Positions 60,489 to 64,000 of a stretch of 64,000 bases of DNA are shown in pieces. The position numbers were made by a program, and so were the translations under genes. Each line of letters opens with the position of its first letter. The first letter of the stretch is position 1. The notes below the pieces were generated by a model. It did not search any database, was not told the DNA's origin, and saw only the letters and a program-made list of their open reading frames with translations. The DNA is from Moniliella sp. 'wahieum' (taxonomy: Eukaryota). The stretch covers positions 1 to 64,000 of the forward strand of contig RSEE01000164.1 in the NCBI GenBank assembly GCA_003971905.1, read 5' to 3'.

Positions 60489-63232
60489 ATGCCCAAGCAC
60501 ACCTTTCGTCCTGCTGCACGCAAAGCTCGCCGCACCAACCCTCTCGCTCGTCCCAGCGCGGAGGGTGGTGCGGCGGGGGCCGCGGCGGGCTCGGCGGTGC
60601 AGGCATCGGATGTGATCCCGCTGTTGGCCAAGCTCCCGCTCACTGCTCCCTCGGGTGCGGTCAAGCCGCTCAAAGACCGTTTATCCGAGCTGCAGGAACA
60701 GGCATGGGCGTTGGCTGCCATCAGCGGCTTTGCCGCTGACCCTGCCTTGCGGAAACAGCTGCTTCAGCCTCACCACAAGCTCGTCCAACGTATTCTCCGT
60801 GTCCTCTCTGCTCGCCCTCCCTCGCCCAGCGCGATTAAGGACGAGTCCCCCGCCGCCGCCGAGGCTTCGGCGGCTAAGCTCGCCGGCCCCCATGCCGAGG
60901 TTCAACAGGAAGCCACGAGTACACTTCGCAACTTGGCTGTTGACGCCTCGTACGACTCGGTCCGGCTGGAAATTGCCCGGCACGAAGGCATCCCCATCCT
61001 CCTTTCCCTCTTGGCCCGCTCTCACGAGGCCTTGGCAAGCCGGGTGGACCCAGCAGGCAGGCAAACGGCCCTCATCAGCCGTGGGAACCGCCCCCCTCTC
61101 CGTCGCATCCGGAAAGGAAGCCCTTCAAGCGCAGATTGCCCAGGAGCGGCAACGTCTCCAGGCTGACCTGCCCACTGCCGAGAGGCCGTTGGAAAGTATG
61201 AACAAAAAGCAACGGCGGCACGCGTTGAAAGCTCAGGCCATTCTTGCCGACCTGGAAGCCAAGGCGAAAGAGGTGTCTACCGAAACGGAGGAAACTCCCG
61301 CTGCTCCCAAGGGAGAGACGGAACTAGCTCGTCGAGCTACCGAGTCGTGTCTAAAGACGCAGAGGAGACGACCGAATTGTGCGAAATGGTGGAGAACCTT
61401 CTTACCCTGATCTGGCTTTTGGCCGAGGCCAGGACGCGCTGGCCTTCAGTTGGTGGAGGCGGCACCTGGCCTGCCTGGCATGCTGTGTGGCTACCTGCGC
61501 TGGGGGCTCCCAAACAACAGGTGGTATCCTCGAAGACTCACCGTACCAAGCCAAGCTCGCCCAAATCGCTCGTACCGCGGGGAACACGCTGCTGGTCTTG
61601 GCAGATGAAAACGCTGCGTTGTTCGGCTCTTGGCTGGGATCGAATACAGCAAAGAGGAGATCAAAGCACTTACCAAGGGGGCTCGTGGCCGGTTTGCCGG
61701 TGCATCTGTCAGTGCAGGCAGTGGTTCGGCCAAGGGGGCTGCTGCACCTCTGGTCCAGCGGCGAAGCAAAGCACGCCCAAGTCTTGGCTGCTCCTCATTA
61801 ATCGGGCCGAAGGCCAACGAAACCTAGGCGCCCTGTTGGCCTGCACGGCGCTTATTCCCTCTACGATGGTGAGTGGCGATCTGGAAATGGTCGGTGTCTT
61901 GTCCTCTGCATCCTACGAAGCGTCCTGGCTACCATCCCTGAGCCCGAATCGGTCCAAGCACCAACCCAAGGCTCAGGCACTGTAGGCCTGGTCGAATTTG
62001 AACAAAGTTCCATCCTCCTCGGCTTAGTACCCTGCTATCCAACGTCCAATGGACCAGGTGACCCAAGGTTCGGCCGACGCAGCCGAGCTCGTGCTGTTGG
62101 CTCTCGAGGTGGTGGCTGAGAGTCTGTGCGGCCTTGGCTCGTGTACTGGATGAGAAGGCTGAGAACGAGTGGGATGAGGCCATGGACGAAGATGATAGAT
62201 GGACGACACAGCGATGAAGATGAAGATGTGATTGAAGCGGATGTGTGGACGATTTGGGACCAGATTCGCTCGCTCGTCAATCCAAGGGCAACAAGGGGGA
62301 GGATGAAACCGAGTTCGCTTCCTCCTTCCTTGCTCAAGTTTTACCGGTCCCGTCCTCCTGCCCGCCTTGGTGCGTCTTGCCACACTTCCATTAGCGACTC
62401 GTTTGCCCCAATGCTGGCTTGCCCGGCTCCCACTCGCGCCGGGTCGCAGTCCACGCTCTGGCCGCACTCAACAATGTCCTCTTGGCATTGGCCGACCACA
62501 GTCCGCCTCCGCCCAGCCAACCGATCGACTACCTGAGCAAGCAGCTCACGTGGCCCAGGTAACGCTTGGGTCGCTTCGCCTTCCGCACAGGCACGAATCC
62601 AAGAAACTGTGGCAAGGTCTGTTTGGTACCGCGGCTCAAGTAGCCAGCGTGCCTTCGGTTGCATCCTCTGATGCGACCCCCACCAGCGCCGGACAGGACG
62701 GTCGGATCATGTTTGAGCACTGCCTTGGGTGCCTCTGGGCGCTGGCCCGCATTACGAGTGGAGACCTTCCTCTGCGCTTGACGACTGGGGAGAAAGGAGA
62801 AGTGGACGCTGGCACGGCGTTGCAGGCCGCGTACCACACGGCCGCCTCGGATGCGGTCGGTCAAGGCGGTGGGCACCATTGGATGTTTGGCGCGGGGGCC
62901 GCATGGACGGATGAGGAGACAACCTGGTCCTGGGGACGTTTTTGGTCAATGTGATCAGGCTGTTGGCGCCGGGCCGCACGCACCACGGCCGAGGCCTTGG
63001 TCGCGGCGATGAACGCAGTGATGGAGTGTATGCTGATTGAAACGCGTTCCTATGACCAGTCTACATCGACGCCAAATTCAACGGCGTGCTGCGCTCGACC
63101 TTTGCTCGTGTTCGCCAAGCGGCGCGGGCGATTGATAAGCGCGCCCATGCGTCGCTGCGGGCCACAGCCGACGAGGCAGTGGGCAACCTCATGGCGTTTG
63201 TGCAGTACCGCGATGGCCTGGCGCGCAAGTAA
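60489..63232 (+). CDS. SYO1: Symportin 1 / HEATR3-like ARM-HEAT import adaptor, frameshifted
   Basis: Basic N-terminus MPKHTFRPAARKARRTNPLA, VIPLLAKL, AWALAAIS, EATSTLRNLA, acidic loop near 62150-62240, C-terminal EAVGNLMAFVQYR. Confidence 0.75.
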
Positions 63233-63393
63233 AAGCGGCCACAATGCAATGCCCAATCACGATCTCTCCCACGCCCTTCTGGCGTCTGTATGTTGAGCCC
63301 ACGTAGGAGGAGCCTGTTGGGGGTGCGACACGTCTGAATCTGACCCGTAGGGGGGTGAATTTGAAACGGGCTCGGCAGGCACTCAAAAGAAAA

Positions 63394-63483
63394 TTCCCCG
63401 ACCGGGAGTCGAACCCGGGTCTTGACGGTTCCGAACCGTGTTCGTGAGAGCGCACACATCATAGCCGTTGGACCATCGGAGGA
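63394..63483 (-). tRNA. tRNA-Glu(CTC) with a 16-nt intron (63444-63429)
   Basis: A-box TGGTCCAACGG, anticodon loop CTCTCA, T-arm CCGGG-TTCGACT-CCCGG, downstream TTTTCTTTT terminator. Two extra T residues in stems. Confidence 0.85.
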
Positions 63484-63992
63484 TGTCGGAGAGGTATCTT
63501 AGGTCTTCAAGCTCACTTGTGGGTGCAGGGGGACTGCTAGGTTCGGGCATCTGCCGTCGGGTCAGTCGTCATTCTCGGTCGTCAGGCAGTGCTTTGCCAC
63601 CCGACGCATAGGCGCATGGGCTGTGTGGCGCGGCGGCACAGGGGCTGTGCACGTTCGGCGGGCGGCACAGCGCCCGTGTGCGCTGCCAGCTGGAGCATCG
63701 GCCGTCTTCGATGCAGCACGGGGGCAGTGCGGCTGGGGGCAAACTTTCAAGGCGCAGCGCGAGGGTGAAAATTTTAAAACGCGGCGGGTGCGCTGATTAA
63801 TGCATGATTCAAGCGTCTTTGAACAATCAGGCTCAGCCGCTCTGCCCGTCCCAGTCCAACCAACCTCAGCCGCCCCGACGCGTCGCCCGCGCCCACATCT
63901 CCTCTCTCCGGGCCGCTCCCCCCCTCCGCTCCATCGCCCCTCCCCTCGCCCCTCACATCGCCCCTCCGTCTCCGACGCACCCAGTCTCCGCC

Positions 63993-64000
63993 ATGGACAT
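63993..64000 (+). CDS. Probable start of the next gene (truncated by the window)
   Basis: C-rich leader ending in gccATG, as for other genes here. Short palindromic tract at about 63795-63840. Confidence 0.4.

Overview
Eukaryotic DNA, most likely a GC-rich, intron-poor basidiomycete fungus (short GT-AG introns with CTRAC branch points, Zn2Cys6 factor, intron-containing tRNA). About 14 protein genes are visible: a 5'-partial Pro/Ser-rich protein, PIS1, RPL36, SYG1/XPR1, a synaptojanin-like INP5x, a Zn2Cys6 factor, an MFS transporter, CBC2, UTP15, a CBM21 PP1-targeting subunit, SIP5, a Crz1-like C2H2 factor, a large low-complexity protein and SYO1, plus tRNA-Glu(CTC). Most genes, including core housekeeping ones, carry several frameshifts, best explained as unpolished assembly indels, so many CDS ends are approximate. 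Mobile DNA includes a solo LTR with a perfect 5-bp TSD (53322-53885) and three copies of an unclassified element with a sharply conserved end. The most striking signal is non-coding. Intergenic DNA is filled with period-7 tracts that follow one rule, a 4-bp palindrome plus TGA or TAA (rarely TAG). At least 14 of the 16 possible palindromic cores are used, arranged as successive blocks, I saw none in exons, and the TGA and TAA types appear zoned by distance from genes.
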